IMG/VR virus record: IMGVR_UViG_3300043496_000175
Location: 1 to 64,000 of that record
DNA length: 64,000 nucleotides
DNA from: a virus
Direction: 5' to 3' (one strand)
Under the pieces are notes generated by a model. That model searched no databases. It had not been told where the DNA came from and saw only the letters and a program-made list of their open reading frames with translations. This document shows positions 35,798-46,900 of this stretch, one piece after another; position 1 is the first letter of the stretch, and every line of letters starts with the position of its first letter. The translations under genes and the position numbers were made by a program.

Positions 35798-38067
35798 TGA
35801 CCGAACTACTGATGAGCGGACACGACCGCACCTACCAGCCGCCCCGCAGTCTTCGTCGCAAGGCGTCCGAAGTCGAGGACTCCGACCTACTCACCTCACG
35901 GGTGGCGGCCGGGCGTTGTGATGCCTGGGACCTGATGAAGCTCCAGGACCGTGAAGACACTGCTGACTGGGCGGCCACCACGTTGAACAGTGTGCTGGCC
36001 TCCATCGAAGCCGAAGCACAGGACGTCCTCGGCTGCACCGATTGTGAAGACACCGGGTTCTACGGGTTGCTGGCCGACGGCAATGAGGACATGGTGGTGG
36101 GACTGCTTCGGCGGGTAGGGGATGGGGAATACGAATCCCTGCAGGCCGACGGCATTTGGCAACCATGGGAGGCATCCAATGACGGAGCCGAGCTACTCAC
36201 TCTTGAGCTTGCTGAAGATGTGGCTGCTGCAATCACTGCAGGTGCTGTGGGACTCATTCGCAAATACAGTCAGCCCCTGGCGTTCCTTCCACCTGCAGAA
36301 TCTCTAGTCGCCAGCCCACTCGCGGATCACACCGAGACGGGCCTTTTCGCGGTTGTCGATGACGATGATCCCGGTGCGGTGATGCAGCTTGTCCGCGCCG
36401 GTGAAGAGTCGATGACCGAATGGATCGATGGGCAGTGGGAGCCGTGGGAAACGCCGGACTCTGACCTGCTGACGATCCCTCTGGATCAGGACACTTTCGA
36501 CTCCATCATCGCCACCGGCCTGGTCGCCTACACCAGCCCCGACCCCCGCGCCGAGAAGCTCCGGCGGTACTGGTCCACCGGACGTGGCGGAGCCAAGATT
36601 CGGTGGACCGCGCCCGGCAGTGGAGACTTCTACCGGTGCGTCAAGCATCTCCGGAAGTATCTAGGTCTGCGAGCTAAGGGGTACTGCGCCAACCTCCACA
36701 AGAGGAACACCGGTGTCTGGCCAGGGGATCGGCGCAATATCGGGCGTCGAGGCAGTGCTTCTCTCGAAGAGAATCTTGTAGCGTCACTGAAATCCGGATC
36801 ATGGTCCGGTGAACCGGAAAGGAACTCCGACATGCCCGAACTCACGGATGGGGTCTACTGCGAGGTGGACGATCACGACGCAGGACTGCTCCGGACGTTG
36901 GTGGCCGGGGGTTTCCCTGTCGCACCGCCGGATGACTGGTACACCAATCCTGCCTTCGAGGGCCCGACCCCGATGCAGGTCGATGACGACGGCCGGGTAC
37001 GCGGCCACATCGCCACCTGGGACGTCACCCACATCGGCATGGCCGGATCGGTGCACGCCCCAAAGAGCAAGTCCGGCTACGCCTACTTCCAGACTGGCCA
37101 GCTCAAGACCGCGTCCGGGAAGACGGTCAACGTCGGGCAGCTCACCCTGGCGGGTGGGCACGCCCCGATCCACGCCTCCGCCAAGGACGCCGTCAAGCAC
37201 TACGACGACACCAACAGCGCCGTAGCCGATGTCACGGTAGGGGAAGACGCATATGGCATCTGGGCAGCCGGATCCCTCCGCCCGAACATCACCCCGGAAC
37301 AGATCCGAACCTTCCGGGCGAGTCCTCTGTCAGGGGACTGGCGACCCATCGGCGGAAACCTCGAACTCGTTGCCGCATGCGCAGTTAACGTGCCGGGCTT
37401 CCCTATCGCCCAGGCACTGGCCGCAGGTGGGGCCATCGTCGCTCTCGTGGCAGCGGGGGCCCGGCCGTTGGCCCAACGACAGGCCGCTCTGACAGCGGAC
37501 GCCATCATCCTGGAGCGGTTGGATGCACTGGAGTCCCGGATTCCTGTGGCGGCAGAGCCGGAGCCGGTTGTAACGGAAACCGTTCCGGAGGTAACGCCGG
37601 AAGTTGTTCCGGAGACTGTCATCCCGGTGGATCCGGAACCGGTGGCTGAGCCGGAAGCTGTTGTGGTGGAAGAGCCGGAGCCGGTTGCGGCCAGCACCGC
37701 TGTTGCGGAAGCACCTGTTCTCGAAGAGCAGGTGGAGGAAGCTGTCGCAGCGGCGGAACAGAACACGCCAGAGGAAGTGCAGCCGGAGCCCACCGACAAA
37801 CTGGATCCGGATGAGGTGGCGCAGGCCCGCAAGGATGCCGCTGCTATCCGCCGGGATTGGATCCGCCGAGAAGTGCATGGAGAGGATGGCGTCACCGCAG
37901 CGCTGCCTCCGCAGTTCCTGGCCAAGGCCAAAGAGAAGGAAGCGTCCATCAAGGACGAGGCCAGTCTCAAGGCAGCGATCAAGTCCGCCAAGCCTTTTGA
38001 CCGGTCGCGCATCAAAGCGGCAGCGGCCAAGCTCAAGCTCTCGAACCTGATCCCCAAGGATTGGTGA
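35797..38067 (+). CDS. capsid maturation protease, multidomain with acidic scaffold-like tail
   Basis: GRVRGHIATW..HIG, GQLT..GHA, HYDDT..ADV.VGEDAYGIW, LSGDWR, LELVA..VNVPGF; central LRRYW..G.KIRW..GDF.RC domain. Confidence 0.8.
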   Translation: MTELLMSGHDRTYQPPRSLRRKASEVEDSDLLTSRVAAGRCDAWDLMKLQDREDTADWAATTLNSVLASIEAEAQDVLGCTDCEDTGFYGLLADGNEDMVVGLLRRVGDGEYESLQADGIWQPWEASNDGAELLTLELAEDVAAAITAGAVGLIRKYSQPLAFLPPAESLVASPLADHTETGLFAVVDDDDPGAVMQLVRAGEESMTEWIDGQWEPWETPDSDLLTIPLDQDTFDSIIATGLVAYTSPDPRAEKLRRYWSTGRGGAKIRWTAPGSGDFYRCVKHLRKYLGLRAKGYCANLHKRNTGVWPGDRRNIGRRGSASLEENLVASLKSGSWSGEPERNSDMPELTDGVYCEVDDHDAGLLRTLVAGGFPVAPPDDWYTNPAFEGPTPMQVDDDGRVRGHIATWDVTHIGMAGSVHAPKSKSGYAYFQTGQLKTASGKTVNVGQLTLAGGHAPIHASAKDAVKHYDDTNSAVADVTVGEDAYGIWAAGSLRPNITPEQIRTFRASPLSGDWRPIGGNLELVAACAVNVPGFPIAQALAAGGAIVALVAAGARPLAQRQAALTADAIILERLDALESRIPVAAEPEPVVTETVPEVTPEVVPETVIPVDPEPVAEPEAVVVEEPEPVAASTAVAEAPVLEEQVEEAVAAAEQNTPEEVQPEPTDKLDPDEVAQARKDAAAIRRDWIRREVHGEDGVTAALPPQFLAKAKEKEASIKDEASLKAAIKSAKPFDRSRIKAAAAKLKLSNLIPKDW

Positions 38068-38378
38068 TCGTGGCGCGTGAATGCGGCCCCGGCCGGTGGG
38101 TGGATTTCGAGCGCACCGACCGGGACTACGTGAAGTGGGGCAGCTCCGGACTCACCGGAGCTGCCACCGCGACCGTGGAGTTGGAAAGCAACGGTACGTT
38201 CCACAACCTGGCTATTGATACCGAAACCGGTGATCTCACAGCTCTTTTCGCCGGGCCTGACGTTGTTTCACCAGGGGGAGCGATCGTGGTGCCTGAAACT
38301 TCTCACATTGAGGTACACATCGTTGATGGCGTGATCACCCGCACTCTGGACGGCGGGTTCATCCGGCTGGTACCTTGA
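38061..38378 (+). CDS. hypothetical virion-module protein
   Basis: AAGGA RBS, overlap with protease stop. Confidence 0.6.
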   Translation: MVIVARECGPGRWVDFERTDRDYVKWGSSGLTGAATATVELESNGTFHNLAIDTETGDLTALFAGPDVVSPGGAIVVPETSHIEVHIVDGVITRTLDGGFIRLVP

Positions 38379-38399
38379 CCGGGTCCTGCTCGGACGGGT

Positions 38400-38437
38400 G
38401 AAGGCGGTCTCCTCGCGGAGGCCGCCTTCCTTTATTT
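38400..38437 (+). terminator. intrinsic terminator
   Basis: GAAGGCGGTCTCC-TCGC-GGAGGCCGCCTTC followed by CTTTATTT. Confidence 0.7.
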
Positions 38438-38543
38438 CTGGCATTGGTGTACTTTCGCGTTCGAGCGCTCGACACTCTCTGTGACCACACCAGATGAGGC
38501 CGGTACCTCTGGAAGGCAATGTTCCACTGTCTCTGGAGGACCC

Positions 38544-40160
38544 ATGACCCCCGAAGAACTCGCAGCCCTGACCAACTCGGAGCTGCACACGCTCGAAGAG
38601 AAGTTGATCTCTGACTTCGATGTCGCTGACAAGGCCGACGCCGACGCCGACATCATCCGCATCGCCAAGGAACTCAAGGCCGTCCGCGCCGACGTTTCCC
38701 GCCGCATCGCAGAGGCCCCCGTCCCGGAAGAGACCGAGACCGAGCAGCCCGCAGCGGACGAGGAGGCCGTCGTTGAGGCAGAAGCTCCCGCAGAACCAGC
38801 AGAGGTTGCCCCGGTCGCGGAGGCTGCCGAAACCACCACCGTCACTGCACAGGAAGGAACCCCAGTGGCCGCAAGCGCAACTGTCGCCGTCCCCCGTGGC
38901 TCCGAGCCCGTCGTGGCTTCGGCTGCTGCCTCTCGGGTCTACGCCGGAGCTGACCTCTCCGGCATCCACGTAGGAGCTGAGTTCTCCGACAAGCAGCAGC
39001 TTGCGGAAGCCTTCTCCAAGCGGATCCACGCGCTGAGCCGGGTCCACGGCGGCGACGGCGAGCAGGTGCTGGTTGCCAGCATCAAGCTCGATGACGTCGC
39101 CCCGGAGCGGACCTTGTCCCGGGATGACCCGTACGCCAACATGGACAAGATCGAGGCCGTCACCGACCCCGACGCCATCACCGCCGCCGGTGGCTGCTGC
39201 GCCCCGCTGGTCACCCGATATGACCTGTTCGACTGCGGCGGCGACACCTCCCGCCCGGTCCGGGACTCCCTGGCTTCCTTCCGCGCCGACCGTGGCGGGA
39301 TCCGGTTCTACCGTGGACCGGCCCTGGCCGACCTGCAGGGCGCGCTCGGGTTCTGGACCTGCCAGGACGACACCGACGCCGACATCGACACCCCGTCCAC
39401 CTGGAAGGTGTGCGCGCGGATCGAATGCCCGCCGGAGGAAACCGCCGAACTGCAGGCCATCACGATGTGTCTGACGTTCGGCGTACTGCAGTCCCGGATC
39501 TTCCCGGAGACCGTCACCGCCAACAACAAGCTGGCCCTGGTCGCCCAGGCCCGCTTGGCTGATTCCGCTCTGCTCGCACAGATCAAGGCCGGTTCGCTGG
39601 CCATCGCGGACTCTGGCTCCCCGCTCGGAGCGGTCCGTGACCTGCTCGACACCATCGGCCGCGCCGCGATCTACTTCCGCGACCGGTACCGGATCAAGAA
39701 TGTCCCGCTCCGCGCGATCATCCCTTCCTGGGTGGTCGAGGTGCTGCGCGGCGATCTGGTCAAGGGCGAGTTCGCCGGGCGGACCCCGTCGGAGTTCTTC
39801 GGAATCTCCGAGGACGAGGTCAAGTCCTTCTTCAGCCAGCGGAATATCAACGTCACCTGGGCCCTGGACTCCAGCGCCCCGGCCGCCCTGGGTGGCGGCT
39901 TCTACACCGCAGCCACCACGGCCATTCCGGCCTGGCCGACGTCGGTGCAGTGGGCGCTGTTCCCGGAAGGTACCTGGCTGCATCTGGACGGTGGCTCGCT
40001 GGATCTCGGCATCGTCCGGGATTCTTCGCTGATCCGGGTCAACGACTACATGCAGTTCAGCGAGACCTTCGAGTCGGTGGTCAACATCGGCTGCGAGTCC
40101 ATGTGGATCACGTCCACGATCGACGTCTCGGGCAAGTCCCAGGGCCCGATCGCAGGCTGA
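38544..40160 (+). CDS. major capsid (hexamer-type) protein with N-terminal scaffold region
   Basis: TAAGGCCAP..YD, RGGIRF, C..FG..FPE, P.W..LR.DL, GTW..LDGGSLDLGIVRDS..NDY..F.E.FE; GGAGG RBS; strong codon bias. Confidence 0.88.
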   Translation: MTPEELAALTNSELHTLEEKLISDFDVADKADADADIIRIAKELKAVRADVSRRIAEAPVPEETETEQPAADEEAVVEAEAPAEPAEVAPVAEAAETTTVTAQEGTPVAASATVAVPRGSEPVVASAAASRVYAGADLSGIHVGAEFSDKQQLAEAFSKRIHALSRVHGGDGEQVLVASIKLDDVAPERTLSRDDPYANMDKIEAVTDPDAITAAGGCCAPLVTRYDLFDCGGDTSRPVRDSLASFRADRGGIRFYRGPALADLQGALGFWTCQDDTDADIDTPSTWKVCARIECPPEETAELQAITMCLTFGVLQSRIFPETVTANNKLALVAQARLADSALLAQIKAGSLAIADSGSPLGAVRDLLDTIGRAAIYFRDRYRIKNVPLRAIIPSWVVEVLRGDLVKGEFAGRTPSEFFGISEDEVKSFFSQRNINVTWALDSSAPAALGGGFYTAATTAIPAWPTSVQWALFPEGTWLHLDGGSLDLGIVRDSSLIRVNDYMQFSETFESVVNIGCESMWITSTIDVSGKSQGPIAG

Positions 40161-40202
40161 CCGATTCCTTTACAAACTGACCAGTAGGAAAGGAATCGGA
40201 TC

Positions 40203-41351
40203 ATGGCTTACATTCAGGACAACGCCGCATCGGTCCGAGGTGTCGCGCTTCGCGCTACGCGCCTCGGGGCGGACGGTGCTCCTGTGGTCGGCACCGAGTG
40301 TGACGTCTACCTTTCCGGTGGGTTCATCAACTTCAGCTTCACCCCTGAGTACTCCGAGGGTGATGAGGTCGAGGTCAAGAACGCCGCCGGTGAGGTCTGC
40401 GTCTACTACAAGCTGCCGGACACGCTCAAGAACGTCACCACCAACCTGGAGATCTGTGATCCAGACCCGATTCTGACCCAGATGCTGGTCGGCGGTGCGG
40501 TGCTGGAGTCAGAGTTCAACTCCCCGCTGGCCCCGATCGGTGCCGAGTCCGGGGACACCGTGGCCTCCGGCTACGCCGCTGAGTTCATCGGCGTGGAAGC
40601 CAACCCCTACGGTGTGGCGATCGAAATCTGGGCGCAGGCGGTCGTCGGCGGCAAGGCGGCCAACACCGCCCCGTACTGGCACTACGTCTTCCCGTTCATG
40701 AAGTTCCGTCTCGACGGCGACCGTGTCGTGGAGAACGGTGCGCTGGCAACGGTGTTCGCCGGAACCGGCGGCGGCAACGCCGCCTTCGGTCGCGGTCCGA
40801 ACATGGACCTGGCCGACGTCTCCCCGGCTCCGGCCGACGGAGCGTTCGACTGGGGCTTCCCGTCCTACACCGAGCGTCCGTACCTGTACGCGCGGGCGAT
40901 GACCGGCCCGATCGGGCTGCGGGGCTGCTTCACCAACCTCGGTATCCCGGTCACCGCGATCACCGCTGGCTCCCCGGCCACCTACACCCCGGTGGACGCC
41001 ACTCGACCGGCCACGCTGGGAGCGCTCACCGATCTGGGGGCATTGGGCAACACCACGGCGTGGACCACGGGACAGTACGTTGTTCTTGCAGACGGCAGTG
41101 AGAGCTATTGGGATGGGAACTCGTGGGAATATGGGCGCAAGCCTGGCACCACGATTACCGCTACCAGTGCGGTGGCTGGCGATCCCGGCCATTACCTGCC
41201 CAGCGGTGCGGCGAACCCGGCGAACCTCGCGGGTCTGTCCAGCGTTACGGCTTCCCCGAGCACTGCGTGGACGACGGGGCAGTTCGTCAACGTGGCGGAC
41301 GGTACCAAGGCGCACTGGACTTCCAGCGCGTGGGCCGCAGGCGAAGCCTGA
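40203..41351 (+). CDS. major tail protein with duplicated C-terminal domain
   Basis: RATRL..G.P, EVEVKNAAGEVC, LEICDPDP, AIEIWA..YWHYVFP; two AWTTGQ.V..ADG..W repeats. Confidence 0.8.
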   Translation: MAYIQDNAASVRGVALRATRLGADGAPVVGTECDVYLSGGFINFSFTPEYSEGDEVEVKNAAGEVCVYYKLPDTLKNVTTNLEICDPDPILTQMLVGGAVLESEFNSPLAPIGAESGDTVASGYAAEFIGVEANPYGVAIEIWAQAVVGGKAANTAPYWHYVFPFMKFRLDGDRVVENGALATVFAGTGGGNAAFGRGPNMDLADVSPAPADGAFDWGFPSYTERPYLYARAMTGPIGLRGCFTNLGIPVTAITAGSPATYTPVDATRPATLGALTDLGALGNTTAWTTGQYVVLADGSESYWDGNSWEYGRKPGTTITATSAVAGDPGHYLPSGAANPANLAGLSSVTASPSTAWTTGQFVNVADGTKAHWTSSAWAAGEA

Positions 41352-41368
41352 TAGTGCACGACTGGCTG

Positions 41369-41409
41369 AGCGCCCTCCCCTCTCTGGAGGGGAGGGCGCT
41401 TTGCTTTCT
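41369..41409 (+). terminator. intrinsic terminator
   Basis: AGCGCCCTCCCCTC-TCTG-GAGGGGAGGGCGCT followed by TTGCTTTCT. Confidence 0.8.
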
Positions 41410-41429
41410 GCGATGGAGAGGTGCGCGGC

Positions 41430-42185
41430 ATGATTTGGCTCAACCCGCTGGATCCGGCAGTTCGGTCCGCTGTTGTCTCAGGAGGGTGGGGGAAGGCCCC
41501 TCACAGTGAAGATGGCCATCCTTTAGCCACCGAAGACGGCATGGACCTGATCACTGTCGCGCTGCAGGTGGCCAGTGAGCTGCTCACCCCTCTGGCTGCC
41601 TACACCGTGCATCCGGCCGGTATCGCCACCGAAGACTTCACCGCCACTCCTGTTCCACACCGGCTCTCGGTCAACTACACCCCGGTTCGCAGGGTGATCA
41701 GCATCGAGCGGGTGCTGGAGGATGAGCTGGTCGAACTGGACACCGTTTGGACTCTGACAGGCAATGACATCCGGTTCCCCCGAACCCGCAGCGTCATCGG
41801 GCTGCTTTGCGAGCCGAGCCGTTACGGTGAAACCCTTCGCGTGACCTACCAGTTCGGCTCCACTATCACCTACTCCGCACGCCGCGCCGTGATCACCCTG
41901 GCGCACCAGATCTGGCTGGAAGCCGCTGGCTGCGATGAATGCGGCGAGTGTGAGCTTCCGGGCCGCACCACCTCCGTGCAGCGTGAAGGCATCTCCTACA
42001 CAATTCTGGACCCCCAGGACTACCTCCGGGACGGCAAGACCGGACTGCCGTCAGTAGACCTTTGGATTTCCACAGCCAATCCCCGTCGGGCTCTTCGGCC
42101 TTCTGCCGTCTACACGCCTGACAGCCCTCCGCCGAGCAACGTCAGCGTCCAAACGGTCCGTCCGGTATGGGTAGCTGGTGTTTAG
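41430..42185 (+). CDS. head-to-tail adaptor
   Basis: CELPGRTTSVQREGISY..G.TGLP.VDLW..NP..VYTPD. Confidence 0.75.
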   Translation: MIWLNPLDPAVRSAVVSGGWGKAPHSEDGHPLATEDGMDLITVALQVASELLTPLAAYTVHPAGIATEDFTATPVPHRLSVNYTPVRRVISIERVLEDELVELDTVWTLTGNDIRFPRTRSVIGLLCEPSRYGETLRVTYQFGSTITYSARRAVITLAHQIWLEAAGCDECGECELPGRTTSVQREGISYTILDPQDYLRDGKTGLPSVDLWISTANPRRALRPSAVYTPDSPPPSNVSVQTVRPVWVAGV

Positions 42186-42278
42186 GATCAAGAACGGCCG
42201 GTCCTTATGTCGAGGCCCGGCTGGGCCCGGTGAGCACGACGGTGGGAGCCGGGCCACCTACGGTACGGAGGGACGATC

Positions 42279-42797
42279 ATGACTGAGGTCGTCTACTCCC
42301 GGGGCATCACGCCGGACTACACCATGTCCCTGGCTCCCTCACCTGAGATCACGCTCTACCAAATGGCGGAGCTGCTGCTGAATCGCACCCGCCAGGCGTT
42401 CGAGGAACGAGGCGTGCTGCTGCCGGGACGGCAGATCATCTACATGCCCCCAGCGGTAGTGGACTGTGAGCAGCTCGCGGTGCTAATCGGTGGCTACGCC
42501 CCGACCCCTCCGTGGGAAGAAACGATGACGTGTTCCTCCATCCGGTGGATGGGGAACTTCGACGTGGCGATCTCCAGGGCCACACCAGCCATGCCGAAGC
42601 GGGACAAGGCTCCGACACCCATCGAGATGGGAAAGGCCGCTCAGATCGCCTCAGACGATCTGGAGGGCCTGCTGCGCGTGGTGCAGGGTCTGGGTGAGAT
42701 CGGGCCGGAGTTCCAGCTCGACTCTGGAGCCCCCAACGGCGGCTTCCAGACCACCGTCCTGCATATCCAGCTTCCGTCCTTCGGCGGCCTGGACTGA
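42279..42797 (+). CDS. tail terminator/neck protein
   Basis: DCEQLAV..R..P..P.GG motif; synteny. Confidence 0.55.
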   Translation: MTEVVYSRGITPDYTMSLAPSPEITLYQMAELLLNRTRQAFEERGVLLPGRQIIYMPPAVVDCEQLAVLIGGYAPTPPWEETMTCSSIRWMGNFDVAISRATPAMPKRDKAPTPIEMGKAAQIASDDLEGLLRVVQGLGEIGPEFQLDSGAPNGGFQTTVLHIQLPSFGGLD

Positions 42798-42800
42798 CTC

Positions 42801-43244
42801 GTGGCCACCTACCGAGTGATCATCTACCGGCCGGTGGTGAACCAGTTCCGAGGATGGACCGGGCCCGTGGGTCAGAGCACGCTGCGGCTTGCGCGGATGG
42901 CTCGGAATCGGCAGGTCGCGCTGGTGGGCAAGAAGTCCGGCCGCCTGGCCGACTCGATCAGCGTCGGGGCCCGGACCTACTGGTCCCGAGGCATCCAGAC
43001 CACCGTGGGAGCCAACGCTGGGCAGCGCACCAGAGGCGGGTACGGCGGCTACGCGGTGATGAATGAGGAAGGCACCCTGCCGCACCGCATCACGCCGAAG
43101 AAGCCCGGTGGCCAGTTGATCTTCTACTGGGCCAAGGTCGGCCGAGTTGTACACCTGAACGGGGTGAATCATCCCGGGAACAGGGCATACCATTGGGCCA
43201 CGCGAGGCATGGCCGCAGCTATGGCCACATGGCGGCGGAGTTGA
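42801..43244 (+). CDS. HK97 gp10-like neck protein
   Basis: KSGRLADSI..YA..EGT.PH.I.P..V.HPG. Confidence 0.7.
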   Translation: MATYRVIIYRPVVNQFRGWTGPVGQSTLRLARMARNRQVALVGKKSGRLADSISVGARTYWSRGIQTTVGANAGQRTRGGYGGYAVMNEEGTLPHRITPKKPGGQLIFYWAKVGRVVHLNGVNHPGNRAYHWATRGMAAAMATWRRS

Positions 43245-43264
43245 TGAGATGAGATGGAGATCAG

Positions 43265-43726
43265 ATGGCGAGTAAGACGTTCCGCGTCGCAGTGCAGACG
43301 GAGAGAATCAGCTTCACGCTGGAGTACCTGCAGGGCGGCAAGCCCGCCAGCAAGGTGTTCAACTGCCGCCCCACCGTTCCGGTCGGGCTGATCCTGCAGT
43401 TCGCGGACATCGGCAGCATGAAGGACGAAGACGAATCGTCCGGTGCTGTGGCGATCGACATGATCAAGCAGCTCTACCAGGCCGCGATCGTGCCGGAAGA
43501 GTTCCCGGCGTTCGAGGCACTTCTCGATGATCCCGACGCGGGCATCACCGTAGACATGTACTCCGAGATCGCTGGGTGGTTGGCCGGTGAGTACACGGCC
43601 CGCCCTACTGGAGAGAACTCGGAAAGTTCGCGACCAGCTTCCTCGTCTGGGACCGACTCGACGGTTGGTGCCTCTCCCGTGGTATTGAGCTACTCGAAGT
43701 CGGTGCCAGTAGAGGCTTCGGCCTGA
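43265..43726 (+). CDS. tail assembly chaperone (gpG-like)
   Basis: Directly upstream of tape measure; WL..EY.ARPT followed by Ser-rich tail. Confidence 0.75.
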   Translation: MASKTFRVAVQTERISFTLEYLQGGKPASKVFNCRPTVPVGLILQFADIGSMKDEDESSGAVAIDMIKQLYQAAIVPEEFPAFEALLDDPDAGITVDMYSEIAGWLAGEYTARPTGENSESSRPASSSGTDSTVGASPVVLSYSKSVPVEASA

Positions 43727-43893
43727 TCGAATACTGGATGGAAGACACCGGTGCGATCAGCAAGGAAGAGCACGAAGCCAGGGAGAACTTCCGTACTTCT
43801 CTGGTGAGATTGGGTAAGCAGGTCACCGACCAGCAAGAGGGCAGGGGTCCAGACCTTTCGATGGTCCCACCGCATTTGGTGGGGAAGCGATAG
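43603..43893 (+). CDS. tail assembly chaperone frameshift extension (gpGT-like, -1 frame)
   Basis: -1 frame reads PYWRELGKF..WDRLDGWCLSRGIELL..YW..; open to TAG at 43891. Confidence 0.6.
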   Translation, partial: PYWRELGKFATSFLVWDRLDGWCLSRGIELLEVGASRGFGLIEYWMEDTGAISKEEHEARENFRTSLVRLGKQVTDQQEGRGPDLSMVPPHLVGKR

Positions 43894-43908
43894 ATCGGAG
43901 GCACTGCC

Positions 43909-46900
43909 ATGGTGGTCGTCGGAGAAGCGGTAGTTCGCCTTCGGGTGATCAGTGACCGCCTTGCCTCTGACATCCGCGAGGCCGTCAAAAAGGGCCTCTC
44001 CGACGCCAACGCCGACATCGATGCCGAAGGTGAAAAGGCCGGTGACTCCTTCGGTGAAGGCGTCAAGAAGGGCATCCGCAAGCAGACCAAGAAAATCGGC
44101 AAGGAGATCGAGCTTACGGCTCGACGCTTCACGGCCGACGCCAGCGGTGTCATCGATGATGAGGGTGACCGGCTGGGCCGCCAGTTCACCACCTCCATCA
44201 GCAAGGGCCTGTCTGATAGCGGTGGCTGGGCGGAAGTAGTTCGAGTCACCCAGGAGAACTTCGAGCGGGTCTCCGAGAATGTCCGGACCGTCGGGGAAGA
44301 CGCCGGGAAGTCCTACACCGACGGCGTCCGACGGCAGCTCACCGCCGGGATGAAGGAGATCGGTCCCGGCATTCAGGACGATGTTCGCCGCGCGTTCCAC
44401 ATGCGCCCCGGGGACATCGATGACGACGGCGAGATAGCCGCACAAGGCTTCGGGGACGGGATCGACAAGGGTCTCCGAAGCCGGTTCGCCAAGGTTCGGC
44501 AGTCCGTGGATGACATGGCCAATGACATGGCCTCGCGTCTCGGCAATAACTACAGGTCCTTCCAGGACTTCGGTTCAAAAGCTGCCACCAATGTCAGGGA
44601 CTCCTTCAGGAATCAAATGAAGGAAGTCCGGCAGTCCATCAAGGACGAGTTCACCGGCATTACTCGTAACCTCCGGTTGGGGCTTCCAGACTTCGATCGA
44701 GTTGGACGGGAAGCAGGGGAAGCAACTACCCGGGGTGTCCGCCGGGGCTTGCTGAGAGACCGCGCCACCATGTTCAAGGCCTTCTCCGGTCTTGGTGGCG
44801 ACTTCATGCGGCACTTCAACTTGGGTATCGGCGCGGCCCGTATGGGTCCGGCCATCATCTCCCTGGTCGCCCTCGCTGCCCCCTCGGTGCTGTCCGCCGC
44901 TGCCGGTCTGGCCACCGCGCTCGGTGCCCAGCTCGTCTCTGGTATCGCTGCTCTTGGTCCGGCAGTAGCAGGAGCCGGAGGTGTAGCGGCAGCAGGATTG
45001 GCCACTCTGGCATTGAACGTCGGCTTGGTGATGGCTGCATTCAAGGCCGGGAACCCTGAGATCGATGCGGCCACAGAGAAACTCAAAGGTCTTGGAAAAG
45101 TCCTGGGGACTCCGATCGCCAACGGCATGGCGAAGGGATTCACCTCCTTTGTCGATGATCTCGGATCCGTTCTTCCACAGATCAACGACCTGCTGGCCGA
45201 GACTGGCGCGGCGTTCGGCAGAGTCTTCACCAAACTCGGTGAGACGATCAAGAGCGGTGACAACCTGGATCGGATCAGAGGGATCCTGGCCACCAACAAC
45301 TCGTTCATCGACAAGTTCGGTGACGGTCTGGCTGGTCTCACCACTTCCTTCCTGATTCTGTGGGACGCGGCGAAGCCGTTTATCGATGCCATCGGCAACG
45401 CCATTGCACAGTTCGGGACCTGGGCTCAGGCCACGTTAGAGGCAAAGGAAGCCAACGGGGAACTGGCCTCCTTCATGGAGACCACCCTGGCCCGCTTCAA
45501 GGAGGTTGCCAGCTCCATCGGAGACGTGCTCGTCGGTCTCTACAACATCGGCAAAGCCGCTGAGCCGTTCGGCCGGTCCATGGGGGATCTCAGCGAAAAG
45601 TTCCGCGCCTGGACGGAGAGTGATACCGGTCAAGAGAAGATGACCAAGTTCTTCGAGAAGGCACACATCCTGGCCGGTGGCCTGGCAGACATGTTCTCCG
45701 GCATCGGCAGTGCATTCGCCAACGCCTTCATCAACATTGATCCCGGGCCGATCCTTGAAGTCTTCCGCATCATCGGGGACAAGATGGCCCCAGCACTGGC
45801 GGAGCTGTGGAACCAGGTGCAGTCCGGGGCTGGTCAGAACTTGGTCAAGATCTTCGATAACCTCGCCACCGCGCTGCAAAAGATCGCTGACAACGGCAGT
45901 TTCGAGATCATCGCCAAGTTCATCTCGGACATGCTGGTCAAGATCAGCGAGTTCATTGCCTCCGACTTTGGAGCCACCATCGCTGGCTGGCTGATCCCAC
46001 TGACGCTGTTTGGCGGGCTGTTCACCAGCCTCATCGGACCGATCACCACCGTGCTCGGACTGTTGTCTGGTCCGGCCTTGGCGGTGGCTGCCGTCATCGC
46101 TGCCATTGCCGGGTTCTTCGTGTTGGTGTGGACGCAGTCCGAAGCCTTCCGGACCTCGATCGAAGGACTGGTCACCACCCTCGGTGGCACCTTCTCCAGC
46201 ATCTGGGACGAGATATGGCCCAAGGTGCAGCGGCTGTGGGAAGTGGTTGTCAAGCTGGCGCAGGCGGTGGGTGATCGGCTCGGTCCAGTGATCGAGTTCC
46301 TGACCCCGATCATCGCTGCTGCGTTCGAGACCCTTGGCACCATCTTCGGTTTCATCATCGACCACGTCACCGAAGTGATCGACTTCGTCGCCAACATCCT
46401 CAATGGGGATTGGGCAGCAGCTTGGGACAACGTCGTCGCGATCGTGCAGAACGTCTGGGACCTGCTGGTGGACCTGTTCGGTGACATCATCGCCGGGATC
46501 GGTGAATGGTTCGGCAAGATCCCAGAGGTTCTCGGCGGGGTTTGGGAGCGGATCGAGGACGGGGCGGTCAAGGCTTGGGAAGACTTGTTGACTTGGCTTG
46601 AGGGGATCTGGAACGACATCGTTGCAGCAGCAACACAGATCTGGAGTAATATCACTGGCTTCTTCTCAGGCATCTGGAACGACATTGTTGTTGCAGCAGA
46701 ACAAGTTTGGACCAACATCACTGACTCCTTCTCCAAGGGCTGGGAAGGATTGAAGTCGTTCTTCTCCACTTTGGGGGGAGAGTTGCGGAAGATCTGGGAT
46801 GTGATCTGGGCATTCGCTGTATTGCCGTTGGAGATCACCTGGAACCTGATCATGCTGATCTGGAACGGGATCAAGGACGGCCTGTTCGAGGCGTGGAACT

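Noticed and set aside
43620-43626. CGGAAAG as a lambda-like slippery site
   Set aside because: It is not XXXYYYZ, and GGA-AAG lies in the -1 frame rather than the chaperone's 0 frame.
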